From positions 20 through 64,019 of the forward strand of contig JANXTX010000110.1 in the NCBI GenBank assembly GCA_025352165.1: 64,000 nt of DNA. The letters are read 5' to 3'. Numbering within the stretch: the first letter of the stretch is position 1; each line of letters starts with the position of its first letter. Shown piece by piece: positions 41,123 to 50,564 of the stretch. Below the pieces are notes generated by a model. The model saw only the letters and a program-made list of their open reading frames with translations. It had not been told where the DNA came from and ran no database searches. The stretch comes from Caulobacteraceae bacterium (GTDB lineage Bacteria; Pseudomonadota; Alphaproteobacteria; Caulobacterales; Caulobacteraceae). A program made the position numbers and the translations under genes.

Positions 41123-43909
41123 TCAGAAGCGGGCGTGGATGCCGACCTTGAAGAAGCGACCCACGATCCCGGCCTGGTGGAAGGTCGGGTTGTAGTTGAC
41201 GGCAGCGTAGTTGATCGGGTCCAGGGGCGGGCTGGAGTCGAACACGTTTAGCATGTCGGCGAAGACATCGATCCGGCTATTAATCTTGTAGTCGGCGCTG
41301 AGGTCGAAATCGACGAAGTCGCCGACCGCGCAATTGCCCGGGAAATTGGCGCCGGTATTGTTGTTGGTTGAAAAGCAGCCAGGCGCGATGTCGAGCGCAT
41401 ACATCTTGAACCCACTTACATAGTAAACAGTTCCGGTCAGATCGAAGGTTCCGTAGTCGAGGCTGGTGGTCCAGGTCCCGCGATACTTCGGCGTTCCGGC
41501 GCCAGAAGAGAGCTGATAGGGGCTCTCGGTCCCCACATAGTCGATCGGCGGTTGCCCAGGCTGGTTGTAGACGAAACTGAAAATGTCGGTGAGGCTGACA
41601 TCGCTGTTGATCTTGATGTCGCCGGGCAGACTGAATTTGGCGCGAAAGTCGATATCGATCCCGTCCGTCGTCTCGGAGCTGGCGTTGATATAGGGCGAGG
41701 AGACCAGCACAGGACGGGCCAGCAGCCCAGGATTGGCCTGGTCGGGAAGATCCGGCGTGATCGAGTATCCAGCGGGTAGCGGCGTGCCAGCGAAGTAATC
41801 CGCCAGGGCCACTCCGGGGTCGGCCTGCGCGATCACGTTTGACTTCTTGATGTGATAGTAGTCGAGCGAGATGTTGAAGTGCCGATTGGGCTCCAGAACG
41901 AAACCCGCTGTGAAGCTTGTCGATGTCTCCGGCTTGATTTTGGGGTTGGCCGAGGATTCCAGGGCCAGGTTGTAGGGTTGTGTGTAGCCATCCCCACCGT
42001 GCAGATCGACGAAGCTTTGCGGCAACGTGTAAGTGATGAAACCTTCCGACGCGCTGGAGCCGTTTTCTGAAAAGCTCGGCGCGCGAAAGCCGCAGGAGAC
42101 CGTGCCGCGAAGCACCAGCTGCGGGATTGGGGTCCACTTGACGCCTGCTTTGGGCGAGAACGAACCGCCAGCATCCGAATAGTGATCGTAGCGCGCCGAC
42201 ACATCCAAATCCACGGTATGGACGACCGGAGCGTCGAGTTCGCCGAAGGCCGACAGGACGGTGTGGTGACCCACGGTGTGAGCGATTCCGAGTCCTTGTG
42301 CGGCCAGATTGGGGTTGAGGTCCGGGTCGTTGGTCGCCTCATAGCGAACCTGACCGCCGATGCCGAGCTTGAGCGGACCGCCCGGCAAGGTCAGCAGGGT
42401 ATGCGTGCCGGAGATGTCCAGCGAATCGAGATCGGTGGTCGACGTCTTGGTCAGCGGCGGCGCCAGCGCCGCGCGTACGGCCGCCGAGTTGGAGGACGGG
42501 TCGACAAAGCTGTAGGCGCCGGTCGCGATGTCGCTGACCAATTGCGGGTAATTGATGAACCCGAGGTTGGTCGAATCCAGCGAGGTATGGGCGATCACAC
42601 CTCCGACATTAAAGTCCCAGCCAGCGTAGCTTCCCCTGGCGCCGGCGGCCATCCGATAGACCTGATTGCTTTCGATCGTCCCGCCCGGAATGTCACCGAA
42701 GGCGTAGTTGATCAGCGCCGTCTCTCCCAGGGGGGCGAAGGGGTTGTTCGGATTCAACTGCCCGTTGGCCAGAGTTGCGGGAAGAAAGATGTTGTTGGTG
42801 TTGTTGGGCGTCGATACCTGGATCTGTGACGGTCCCGCATCGACGACCACCTTGGTCTCGTAGAAACTCGCCGACAGGTATGCCTGCAGATCCGATGTGA
42901 TCTGATCCGTGAATCGGCCATAGACGCCGAACCTGCGTTCAGCGGGGACGTCATCTCCGTACAGACTGAGGTTCTGGGCGCAGTAGACGTTGCCGAGGCC
43001 ATCGGTCTGTTGGGTCGAATTGGCGCCGCACGCGCGAAGGGGTTGGGACACGCCAAGCGGATTGCCCATGGAGTCAGCGGGCGTGACGCTGCCGTAGATC
43101 GACCCAGAGCCGTTTGTCGGTTGCCCGCCGATCAGGTTGTTGCCGCCGATCGACGACAGATCGTTGGTGTTGAACGGAAAACCGCGCTGGCCGACGTGAA
43201 TGGCGTCGTCCTTTTCGTACTCCACATTGAGGTAGGCGTTGTAGTGTTCCGTCTGAAGATCGCCGTGGCCGAGCATGATGTTGAAGGTCCGGGTCGAACC
43301 TCCCCCGTGCTCCGACGTTCCACCCTCGATCGTGGCGTCCAGGCCCTGGAACGTGGGCTTGAAGATCAGGTTGACGACCCCGCCGATAGCGTCCGCGCCG
43401 TACAATGAGGATGCGCCGTCCTTGAGCACTTCGACGCGGTCAAGCACACTGAGTGGAATTGAGTTGAGATCGACGAAACCCCGCTCGCCATCGTCGGCGA
43501 GTCCGTAGTTCGCGGTGCGCATGCCGTCGATCAGCACCAGAGTCGAATTGACCGTAAGGCCTCGCAGCGCGACGCCGGAGGACCCCACCGCAAAGCCGCC
43601 GCCGAAGGCCGTGGGTATGGTTCCACTGTTGTCCGACGAGAGCGTGCGAACGGCGTCGGCGATCGTGGTGATCCCTGCCGCGTCGATCTTCTCCGCGCTC
43701 ATCACCGTGACCGGCGAAGGCGTTTCGGTATTGGTGCGACGAAACAGCGAACCGGTGACGACGATTTCACTCACAGTGGCCGGCGGCGTGGCGGGGGGCT
43801 GAGTGGAAGCGTCGGCGGCGATGGCCGGTCCAGCCAGCATGGCGCCGATCATCATCCCGCTTGTGGACGGTGCGATCAGCCGAGATCTGCGAGAGATCGT
43901 GGTTTTCAA
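41123..43909 (-). CDS. TonB-dependent receptor
   Basis: 928 aa with a signal peptide, plug-domain motifs and a C-terminal beta-barrel ending in ...GIHARF. TTG start preceded by GGAGG. Confidence 0.9.
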   Translation of the reverse strand: MKTTISRRSRLIAPSTSGMMIGAMLAGPAIAADASTQPPATPPATVSEIVVTGSLFRRTNTETPSPVTVMSAEKIDAAGITTIADAVRTLSSDNSGTIPTAFGGGFAVGSSGVALRGLTVNSTLVLIDGMRTANYGLADDGERGFVDLNSIPLSVLDRVEVLKDGASSLYGADAIGGVVNLIFKPTFQGLDATIEGGTSEHGGGSTRTFNIMLGHGDLQTEHYNAYLNVEYEKDDAIHVGQRGFPFNTNDLSSIGGNNLIGGQPTNGSGSIYGSVTPADSMGNPLGVSQPLRACGANSTQQTDGLGNVYCAQNLSLYGDDVPAERRFGVYGRFTDQITSDLQAYLSASFYETKVVVDAGPSQIQVSTPNNTNNIFLPATLANGQLNPNNPFAPLGETALINYAFGDIPGGTIESNQVYRMAAGARGSYAGWDFNVGGVIAHTSLDSTNLGFINYPQLVSDIATGAYSFVDPSSNSAAVRAALAPPLTKTSTTDLDSLDISGTHTLLTLPGGPLKLGIGGQVRYEATNDPDLNPNLAAQGLGIAHTVGHHTVLSAFGELDAPVVHTVDLDVSARYDHYSDAGGSFSPKAGVKWTPIPQLVLRGTVSCGFRAPSFSENGSSASEGFITYTLPQSFVDLHGGDGYTQPYNLALESSANPKIKPETSTSFTAGFVLEPNRHFNISLDYYHIKKSNVIAQADPGVALADYFAGTPLPAGYSITPDLPDQANPGLLARPVLVSSPYINASSETTDGIDIDFRAKFSLPGDIKINSDVSLTDIFSFVYNQPGQPPIDYVGTESPYQLSSGAGTPKYRGTWTTSLDYGTFDLTGTVYYVSGFKMYALDIAPGCFSTNNNTGANFPGNCAVGDFVDFDLSADYKINSRIDVFADMLNVFDSSPPLDPINYAAVNYNPTFHQAGIVGRFFKVGIHARF

Positions 43910-44029
43910 GGCGGTTCCTCCGCTGGGGTGACGCGGGTCATGCCACGACGTCGAACTGTCCTCTTGGGGACGACATAGTCTTCACACTTGGATAAACAAT
44001 TCGTCATTAGATATTTTGGGGGTGAAAAG

Positions 44030-45310
44030 TCAGCCTGCTTGTTGATTGCGCGATGGCGCCGTTTCCCTAATCAGCAATGAGGCGATCAATCCTACCACCG
44101 TGAAGCCCATCGCATACCAGGCGGGCGACAGCGGATTGTGGGTCACCTGGATCAGAGTGGCGATGATCAGTTGGGTCGTTCCGCCGAATACGGCGACGCC
44201 GATGGAGATGACCCCGCCCAGGACTATTCCTCGCACCTCCTTGCGCAAAGACTCGGCAAGCGCGGTGAACATCGCGGCGGAAGACAACGCACTCGCCGCG
44301 GCGAGTACCGCTATGCCGACCAGGAGGGTCGCGCCGTCGCGGTTGCGATCCATCAGATAGAAGATCGGCCAGAGAGCTATGAGGAATACCAAGCGAGGCC
44401 AGATCAGCATGGCGCGCCTGCCGAAGCGATCGGACAGTCCACCACCGATCAGCCCGAAGATCAGCCCGGCGGCGCCATTGACCAGTGGCGCCGCGAGCGA
44501 GATTCCGGCGCCCATCTTCAGCGTCTCACGCGCGTAGGTGGTCATGTATGTCATCGCATAGGTGGAGACCGTCGCCGCCGCGACCAGGGCCAGGCCGATG
44601 AAGATGATGCGGCGATGTGCGGACAGCGTGGCGAGCGCCGGCTGGTGTTCGCCGACCTCCTCCGGATGGTGCAGGGTCTCCGGCAGATTGCGGCGCAGGA
44701 TGAGACCTATCGGCAGGATCAGGACGCCGATACCGAACGCCAGCCGCCAGCCCCAGGCGTCGAGGTTCGCAGACCCGAGGCCGGCGGACAGCGCAAGGCC
44801 GATCAGCCCGGCGGCAATGGCGGCAAGGTTCTGGCTGCCGCCCTGCCAGGCTGCGTAGCGTCCGCGGCCGCCGGGCGGGGCCGACTCGACCAGGAACGCT
44901 GTGGTTGGTCCAACCTCGCCACCCAGCGCGAAGCCCTGGCAAAGGCGCCAGAACACCACCAGGATCGGCGCCAGCGGACCGATCGCTGCATAGGATGGCG
45001 TCAGGGTCAGACCGAGAACGCCTGCGCCCATCATTGCAAAGCTGATCAGCATCGCTGGGCGACGCCCGTGCCGATCCGCATAGTGGCCGAAGACGAGCGC
45101 ACCTAGCGGGCGCGGAACGAAGCCAATGCCATAGGTCGCGAGGGCTGCAACCAGGCTGATGAAGGTTGAATGGTTCGGGAAGAAAGCGTGCCCGATCTGC
45201 ACGGCGAAATAGGCGAAAGTGGTGAAGTCGTAGAATTCCAGGGCGTTGCCGATCACGGCGGCGGACACCTGCCGGGGGGTGATCGCTGGCGGCGCGGCCG
45301 TCTGGTTCAT
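44030..45310 (-). CDS. MFS transporter (metabolite:H+ symporter-like)
   Basis: 426 aa with 12 TM-like segments and the MFS loop motif GHYADRHGRRP. Confidence 0.82.
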   Translation of the reverse strand: MNQTAAPPAITPRQVSAAVIGNALEFYDFTTFAYFAVQIGHAFFPNHSTFISLVAALATYGIGFVPRPLGALVFGHYADRHGRRPAMLISFAMMGAGVLGLTLTPSYAAIGPLAPILVVFWRLCQGFALGGEVGPTTAFLVESAPPGGRGRYAAWQGGSQNLAAIAAGLIGLALSAGLGSANLDAWGWRLAFGIGVLILPIGLILRRNLPETLHHPEEVGEHQPALATLSAHRRIIFIGLALVAAATVSTYAMTYMTTYARETLKMGAGISLAAPLVNGAAGLIFGLIGGGLSDRFGRRAMLIWPRLVFLIALWPIFYLMDRNRDGATLLVGIAVLAAASALSSAAMFTALAESLRKEVRGIVLGGVISIGVAVFGGTTQLIIATLIQVTHNPLSPAWYAMGFTVVGLIASLLIRETAPSRNQQAG

Positions 45311-45454
45311 GCCGCTGTTCCCCTGTCCGCGAATTGTTCTTGCCGCCAGCCTTAGCGCGGTCGCCGCGCGGCGATCAAGCGATCTTGATTTCTGGGGGCG
45401 GAGTGATCTGGGGAATGGTCCGGATGGGACGGTGGCGCCGCGAGGCCGATTAAG

Positions 45455-45708
45455 TTTTTACGCAGATGACACAGATGAAGACGACGATGATCGGTGGTCT
45501 TGCCAAAGCGCCGGCGGGCCGGAGATAACGTCTCAAACGCCATGGAGCCGAGGGGGTCAAACGAAAGGACTGCGCTTCGCGCGAAGCGCAATAGTACTTC
45601 AAGGCCGCTCGTTTCCCTGTTGTCGAAGGTCAAAGGTGGGTGCGGCGCGCGGGTGCTCTCGCAGCGCAAAGGTCATCATCCTCTTCATCTGTGACATCTG
45701 CGGAAAAA
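45455..45708. repeat. MITE-like palindromic intergenic element (copy 1)
   Basis: Terminal inverted repeats at 45461-45491 and 45672-45702 (27/31 complementary by hand alignment, extended by TTTTTA/GAAAAA). A perfect 18-bp palindrome GCGCTTCGCGCGAAGCGC sits at the centre (45572-45589). Lies in the divergent MFS-MFS spacer. Confidence 0.55.
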
Positions 45709-45745
45709 TGCGGCCTTTCCGAGCAACGCGAGCTTCCCGTGTTAC

Positions 45746-47179
45746 ATGAAATTAACGGGTGCAGCGGCGCGATTTCGCGCTAATCCTGGTGGCATGACAG
45801 CAGAAGCCAGTTCGCCCGACGCCAGCGCCGCCGATCGGCTGCCTTTTTCAACATTGCTGCCGTTTGCGTCGCCCTATCTGGTGCTGGGGGCCATGGATCT
45901 GGCGGTGTTCGTCTATCTGCCGCAGTACTTCGCCGGTCATCTCGGCGTCGGGACGGCCCTGATCGGCGCTGTCTGGATGGGGGTGAGGCTCTTCGATATT
46001 CTGATCGACGTCCTGTTGGCCGTCCTGATGGACCGGACGCGCACGCGGTTCGGCCGGTACCGCGTCTGGCTTCCCGCTGGCGCGCCGATCCTGATGCTGG
46101 GACTCTACAAGCTGTTCATGGCGCCGCCCGGCTTTGGCGCGGGTTATCTGCTGGGGTGGCTCCTGGTGATGTATCTGGGATATTCGGCGGTCTATCTCTC
46201 GCAGTCCGCCTGGGGCGCCAGACTGGCGACCCGATATCATGAACGCTCGCGGTTGTTCGGCACGATGACGGCCATCGGGGTCGTCGGCGCCATGGGCATT
46301 CTTGTCATATCGATCATGGCCAAGAGTTTTGGACTGACCGACGCGACATCGGTCCCCGCAATGGGCTGGGCGATGATCATCGCCTTGCCGTTGACCGTGT
46401 CACTTGCGGCGTTGCTGACGAAGGAGACGATTGCTCCCGAAGTCGCCGGCCCGCGGTTTACCTGGCCGGATGTCTGGGGCCTGCTGTCAAATCCCGACCT
46501 CTTGCGCCTATTCGCATCGCAATTCTGTCTGACCCTCGGCCCCGGGTGGATGGCGGCGATGTATCTCTTCTACTTCAAGGCGGCTCGCGGCTTTACGACG
46601 GCGGAAGCCTCCCTGCTCCTGGGATTCTATGCCCTCTCCCAGCTTCCGGGCGCCTTGCTGGCGACGAGGCTGTCACGAGCGATTGGAAAGCATCGCGCCC
46701 TGATGGTCGCCTCGACGTGCTTTTCGATCGGACTGCTGTCGATCCTGGTCATCCCAAAGGGGAATCTGCTGGCGACGGCCCCCGCGCTGGCATGGTCCGG
46801 ACTGACGGCCGGGGCCTTCGGCCTGATGATCCGCGCAATGCTCGCCGATGTCGGCGACGCGGTGCGGCTCGAGCAGGGTAGAGAAAGGATCAGTCTGCTC
46901 TACTCGACGAACGCCCTGGCGCAGAAGATCGCCGCGGCATTCGCGATCGGCCTGACCTACCCGCTGCTGGCGGCAATCGGCTTCAATCCCGTCGAACATG
47001 GCGTCAATACCGCCGCCGCGATCGGCAAACTGCAATTGACCTTCATCTGCGGGCCGATCCTGTTCGTCATGCTGGGTGGCGCCTGCCTCATTGGCTGGCG
47101 CCTCGATGCCCGTCGCCATGAAGATATCCGCCGACAACTGGAAGCGCGGGACAGGGACCTGGCGGCCGGGGCCGTCTAA
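45746..47179 (+). CDS. MFS transporter, glycoside-pentoside-hexuronide (GPH)-like
   Basis: 477 aa polytopic membrane protein with a GPH-like LMDRTRTRFGRYR motif. The start could be the ATG at 45794. Confidence 0.72.
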   Translation: MKLTGAAARFRANPGGMTAEASSPDASAADRLPFSTLLPFASPYLVLGAMDLAVFVYLPQYFAGHLGVGTALIGAVWMGVRLFDILIDVLLAVLMDRTRTRFGRYRVWLPAGAPILMLGLYKLFMAPPGFGAGYLLGWLLVMYLGYSAVYLSQSAWGARLATRYHERSRLFGTMTAIGVVGAMGILVISIMAKSFGLTDATSVPAMGWAMIIALPLTVSLAALLTKETIAPEVAGPRFTWPDVWGLLSNPDLLRLFASQFCLTLGPGWMAAMYLFYFKAARGFTTAEASLLLGFYALSQLPGALLATRLSRAIGKHRALMVASTCFSIGLLSILVIPKGNLLATAPALAWSGLTAGAFGLMIRAMLADVGDAVRLEQGRERISLLYSTNALAQKIAAAFAIGLTYPLLAAIGFNPVEHGVNTAAAIGKLQLTFICGPILFVMLGGACLIGWRLDARRHEDIRRQLEARDRDLAAGAV

Positions 47180-47291
47180 AGCCAGCGCTCGCTGATGGAC
47201 ATTGAGCACCAGCTAGTCCGGAGGGTTGAGATGATTCCACTCGCGAGGCGTTTGCGTTAGAAGGCGCCGTTCGAGCCGGCGCGGAAGGATA

Positions 47292-47900
47292 TTGATGGAT
47301 CGATTGATCGAGGGCTACCGGCGGTTCCGGTCGGAATTCTGGCCCGGCCAGCGGGAGCGGTATGAAGCGCTGGCGAACAGCGGGCAGAGTCCGGAAACCC
47401 TGGTGATCGCCTGTTCCGATTCCCGGGTCGATCCACAGACCGTATTCGGGGCCGCGCCGGGCGAGCTGTTCGTGGTGCGCAATGTCGCTGGTCTTGTGCC
47501 GACATATCAGCCCGACTCCGGCTATCACGGCACCAGCGCGGCGCTGGAGTTCGCGGTCCGCGTGCTGAAGGTAAAGCGTATCGTCGTGCTCGGCCACGTT
47601 CAGTGCGGCGGCATCCTGGCGATGGTCGAGGGCGCGCCGCCGGAAGCGCGGGATTTCGTCGAGCCGTGGATGTCGATGGCGCGCTCGGTGCTGAGCGATC
47701 TTCCCGAGCGCCATGGGCCGGGAGCACTCAACCGTTGCGAGGTGGAGGTGGTGCGGCTGTCGCTGGGCAATCTGCTGACTTTTCCGTGGATCCGCGAGGC
47801 GGTCGACGCCGGCGCGCTGAGCCTGGCCGGGTTCCGCTTTGAGATCCGCACCGGCATCCTCGAGCGCCTGGTCGGTGACCGGATGGAGCCAGTCGCCTGA
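47292..47900 (+). CDS. can: beta-class carbonic anhydrase
   Basis: 202 aa with zinc ligand motifs CSDSRV and GHVQCGG. Confidence 0.85.
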   Translation: MMDRLIEGYRRFRSEFWPGQRERYEALANSGQSPETLVIACSDSRVDPQTVFGAAPGELFVVRNVAGLVPTYQPDSGYHGTSAALEFAVRVLKVKRIVVLGHVQCGGILAMVEGAPPEARDFVEPWMSMARSVLSDLPERHGPGALNRCEVEVVRLSLGNLLTFPWIREAVDAGALSLAGFRFEIRTGILERLVGDRMEPVA

Positions 47901-47991
47901 TCGGGCGAAAAGAGGCAACCCCAATCGCCGGGAAGGGCGTCGAGTGGCAGATGTTCCATCGACTACCGGCGGGAAGCCAGCGGTCCAAGGG

Positions 47992-49491
47992 CTAGACTGT
48001 CGCCTGGAGGCGCTGAAGGTCGATGTCGGCGGGGAGGTGTAGGCGGGCGAACATTTCACCGCGGTCGGGGCCGGGCTTTTCGGCGTAGTATCGGGCGTTT
48101 GCTTTTCGGCCGCGGGCCCAGGTGGCCAGGATACGAAGCAGCGTCGATGGCCGGTTCAGCCATGCGCGTGGGGGATCGAGCATGTGGAAGGCGCGCATCG
48201 CCTGACGCAACAGGTCGATATCCTTGCGCAGGGCGATGGTGATGCCGTCCTCGACGAACCCGCGCAGAAGGCCCGCCCTGAACGACGGCTTATGGTCGGG
48301 GTCCAGCCCACGCAGCGCCCGACGCGCGGCCGCGCGATCCTGCTGGCGCATGTCGTCGAAAAACGGCCGCAGCTGGGTGGTGACCGCCTGGCCGTAGCGC
48401 ACCGCCCGTTCGACCGGATCGATGGTGGCCTGCAGCACATCGCGCAACAGGTGCGCCTCGACGGCCGCGAACGAACAGCCCCGGCCGAACAGGGGGTTGG
48501 TGCGAACCAGAGAGTCGCCGACGCTGAACAGTCCCAGGGCCGGCGGCGTGCCGTTCGGGGCCGCTTCGCGCCAGCGACTCTTCAGGTTGCCCATGCCATG
48601 GACGCGGCTGACTGCCTCGGAACGGGACGGATCGGTCCATGGCGCGACGCCGGGCAGGCCGGCGCAGATCTCATCGAAGGTTTCCGGCCTGACCACCGCG
48701 ACGCGCAGGGACTGCTCGACCTCCGGCACCGCGAGGGTGATGGAGAAGGTGCCGGAGTCGGCGGGGAAGACGCCGAACTTGAGGAAGCCGAGATCGCCGG
48801 TGGCCGGAAAGCGACCACGAGCCGGTTCCGTCTGGCCGGACAGCAGGCGGTAGAACCGGGTATAGTAAAGGATCGAACAGTCCTCGATATCCTCAGGAGG
48901 CGGCGCCACGCCGGCCGCCTCAAGCCAGTCAAGCACCGGTGAGTTGCGCCCCGCGGCGTCGACGATGATGTCGCCTCGAATGATTTCGCCATTGGCGAGC
49001 CGCAGACCCTCCGCAACCAGGACGCCGCTTTCGTCCCGCCTGTGGAACAGGCCGTCGACGAAGATTTCGGGGCGAATGCGGACTCCGGGCTGGCGCTCCA
49101 CATATCGGCGAATAGCCAGCTCCAGCGTGGTCCTGCGGCTGACGATGATCGCCATCTCCTCGTCCCGCGGTGTTGCCGCATAGGTGCTGGCGATGGTCTC
49201 GGGCAATCCGTCCGCGAAGCGCAGTTCCCGGGCGCCGGTGGCGCGCAGCTCTTCGAGTAGTTGTGGGTGCTCATTGACGATCAGGGTGCGCAGCCGCGCG
49301 AGAAACGCGTGGCTCTGACGAAGATGGCCCACACCTCGCCGCCGCCAGTGTTCGAAGACCTCTTCCGCGCCGCCCTCCGGAGGTGGGGGATCCCGGTCGA
49401 GCAGGGTGATTTCGCGACCGGTCGGCGCCAGCGCCAGCGCGACGCAGAGACCGGCCATGCCCGCGCCCAACACCACAACCTGTTCAGCCAT
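47992..49491 (-). CDS. FAD-dependent oxidoreductase
   Basis: 499 aa with an N-terminal dinucleotide fold VVVLGAGMAGL. Confidence 0.68.
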   Translation of the reverse strand: MAEQVVVLGAGMAGLCVALALAPTGREITLLDRDPPPPEGGAEEVFEHWRRRGVGHLRQSHAFLARLRTLIVNEHPQLLEELRATGARELRFADGLPETIASTYAATPRDEEMAIIVSRRTTLELAIRRYVERQPGVRIRPEIFVDGLFHRRDESGVLVAEGLRLANGEIIRGDIIVDAAGRNSPVLDWLEAAGVAPPPEDIEDCSILYYTRFYRLLSGQTEPARGRFPATGDLGFLKFGVFPADSGTFSITLAVPEVEQSLRVAVVRPETFDEICAGLPGVAPWTDPSRSEAVSRVHGMGNLKSRWREAAPNGTPPALGLFSVGDSLVRTNPLFGRGCSFAAVEAHLLRDVLQATIDPVERAVRYGQAVTTQLRPFFDDMRQQDRAAARRALRGLDPDHKPSFRAGLLRGFVEDGITIALRKDIDLLRQAMRAFHMLDPPRAWLNRPSTLLRILATWARGRKANARYYAEKPGPDRGEMFARLHLPADIDLQRLQATV

Positions 49492-49567
49492 CGCCGCTTC
49501 CCGCGTTACTTGTTACAGGTCACTCAATGGCGTCTTCCCGGGTCAAGGCAAGGTCGGAGATGAAATC

Positions 49568-50458
49568 ATGACCGCAATTACCGAACGTCGGATCGAGGCC
49601 GGCGGCATGACCTTCGTCGCGGACGAGGCCGGCGAGGGCGAGGATGTCGCCCTGCTGTTGCACGGGTTCCCCGAAAGCCGGCATTCCTGGCGATACCAGA
49701 TACCGATGCTGGCGGAGCTGGGCTGGCGGGTGATTGCGCCGGACCTGCGGGGCTACGGGCTTTCGAGCCGGCCGACCGGCAAGGACAGCTACAAGCTCGA
49801 CCATCTGATCGAGGATGTCGCGGGTATTTTCGATGCGGTTGGCGCGCGCCGACGCCTGCTGATCGCCCATGACTGGGGCGCGATCATCGCCTGGTGCTTC
49901 GCAATCGAGAAGCGGTTGCCGCTGGATGGTCTGGTGATCATGAATGTGCCGCATCCGTCTGTTTTCGCGCGCGTGATCAGGACGTCCTGGAACCAGCGAC
50001 TGCGATCCTGGTACGTGGGTTTCTTTCAGATCCCGTGGCTGCCCGAGATGATGTTGACCGCGCGGCGCGCGCGGGCGGTGGCTGACGCCTTCACGGGAAT
50101 GGCGGTCGACAAGTCGCGCTTTCCTCCGGAGGTCACCGACGTCTATCGCGAGAACGCCCTCCGTCCCGGGGCGATGACGGCGATGATCAACTACTATCGG
50201 GCCAACACCGATCTGCTGGACCGGTACCCGGGGGCGCCGCCGATTATCGAGACACCCACGCTGATCGTCTGGGGCGAGGAGGACACCGCGCTCGGGATCG
50301 AGCTGACCCGGGGCTACGAGCCCTATGTCCGCGACCTGACGCTGCAAACACTGCCGAACGTGTCCCATTGGGTGCAGCAGGAAGCGCCGGAAAGGGTCAA
50401 CCTGATCCTGGCTGACTGGTTGTCGAAACGTGGCCTGATGCCCGGGGTGGGCGGCTGA
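49568..50458 (+). CDS. alpha/beta hydrolase (epoxide hydrolase / haloalkane dehalogenase-like)
   Basis: HGFPES and nucleophile-elbow AHDWGA motifs. Start at the ATG at 49568 with an upstream GGAG; the track start lies antisense to the neighbouring gene. Confidence 0.8.
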   Translation: MTAITERRIEAGGMTFVADEAGEGEDVALLLHGFPESRHSWRYQIPMLAELGWRVIAPDLRGYGLSSRPTGKDSYKLDHLIEDVAGIFDAVGARRRLLIAHDWGAIIAWCFAIEKRLPLDGLVIMNVPHPSVFARVIRTSWNQRLRSWYVGFFQIPWLPEMMLTARRARAVADAFTGMAVDKSRFPPEVTDVYRENALRPGAMTAMINYYRANTDLLDRYPGAPPIIETPTLIVWGEEDTALGIELTRGYEPYVRDLTLQTLPNVSHWVQQEAPERVNLILADWLSKRGLMPGVGG

Positions 50459-50564
50459 TCGACTCGGAGAGCTTTGCGGCTTCGCCGCGCTCGCCGGATT
50501 GGCGAGTGGGGGGCGAAGTGAAAGGCATTTCAATCCGGGCAAAGCCGGACTAAAGGCCTGCGCC

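Noticed and set aside
43910-44029. Cobalamin or other riboswitch upstream of the TonB-dependent receptor; also a c-di-AMP-type element upstream of kup (50459-50564)
   Set aside because: Both leaders are only about 105-120 nt, and I could not recognise any conserved riboswitch core motifs.
44138-45106. 322-aa plus-strand ORF
   Set aside because: Antisense to the MFS transporter. The highly charged Arg/Asp/Gln-rich translation is not membrane-protein-like.
47088-48059. 323-aa minus-strand ORF
   Set aside because: Antisense to the beta-carbonic anhydrase gene (CSDSR / HxxCGG motifs present on the plus strand). The translation is Arg/Pro-rich.
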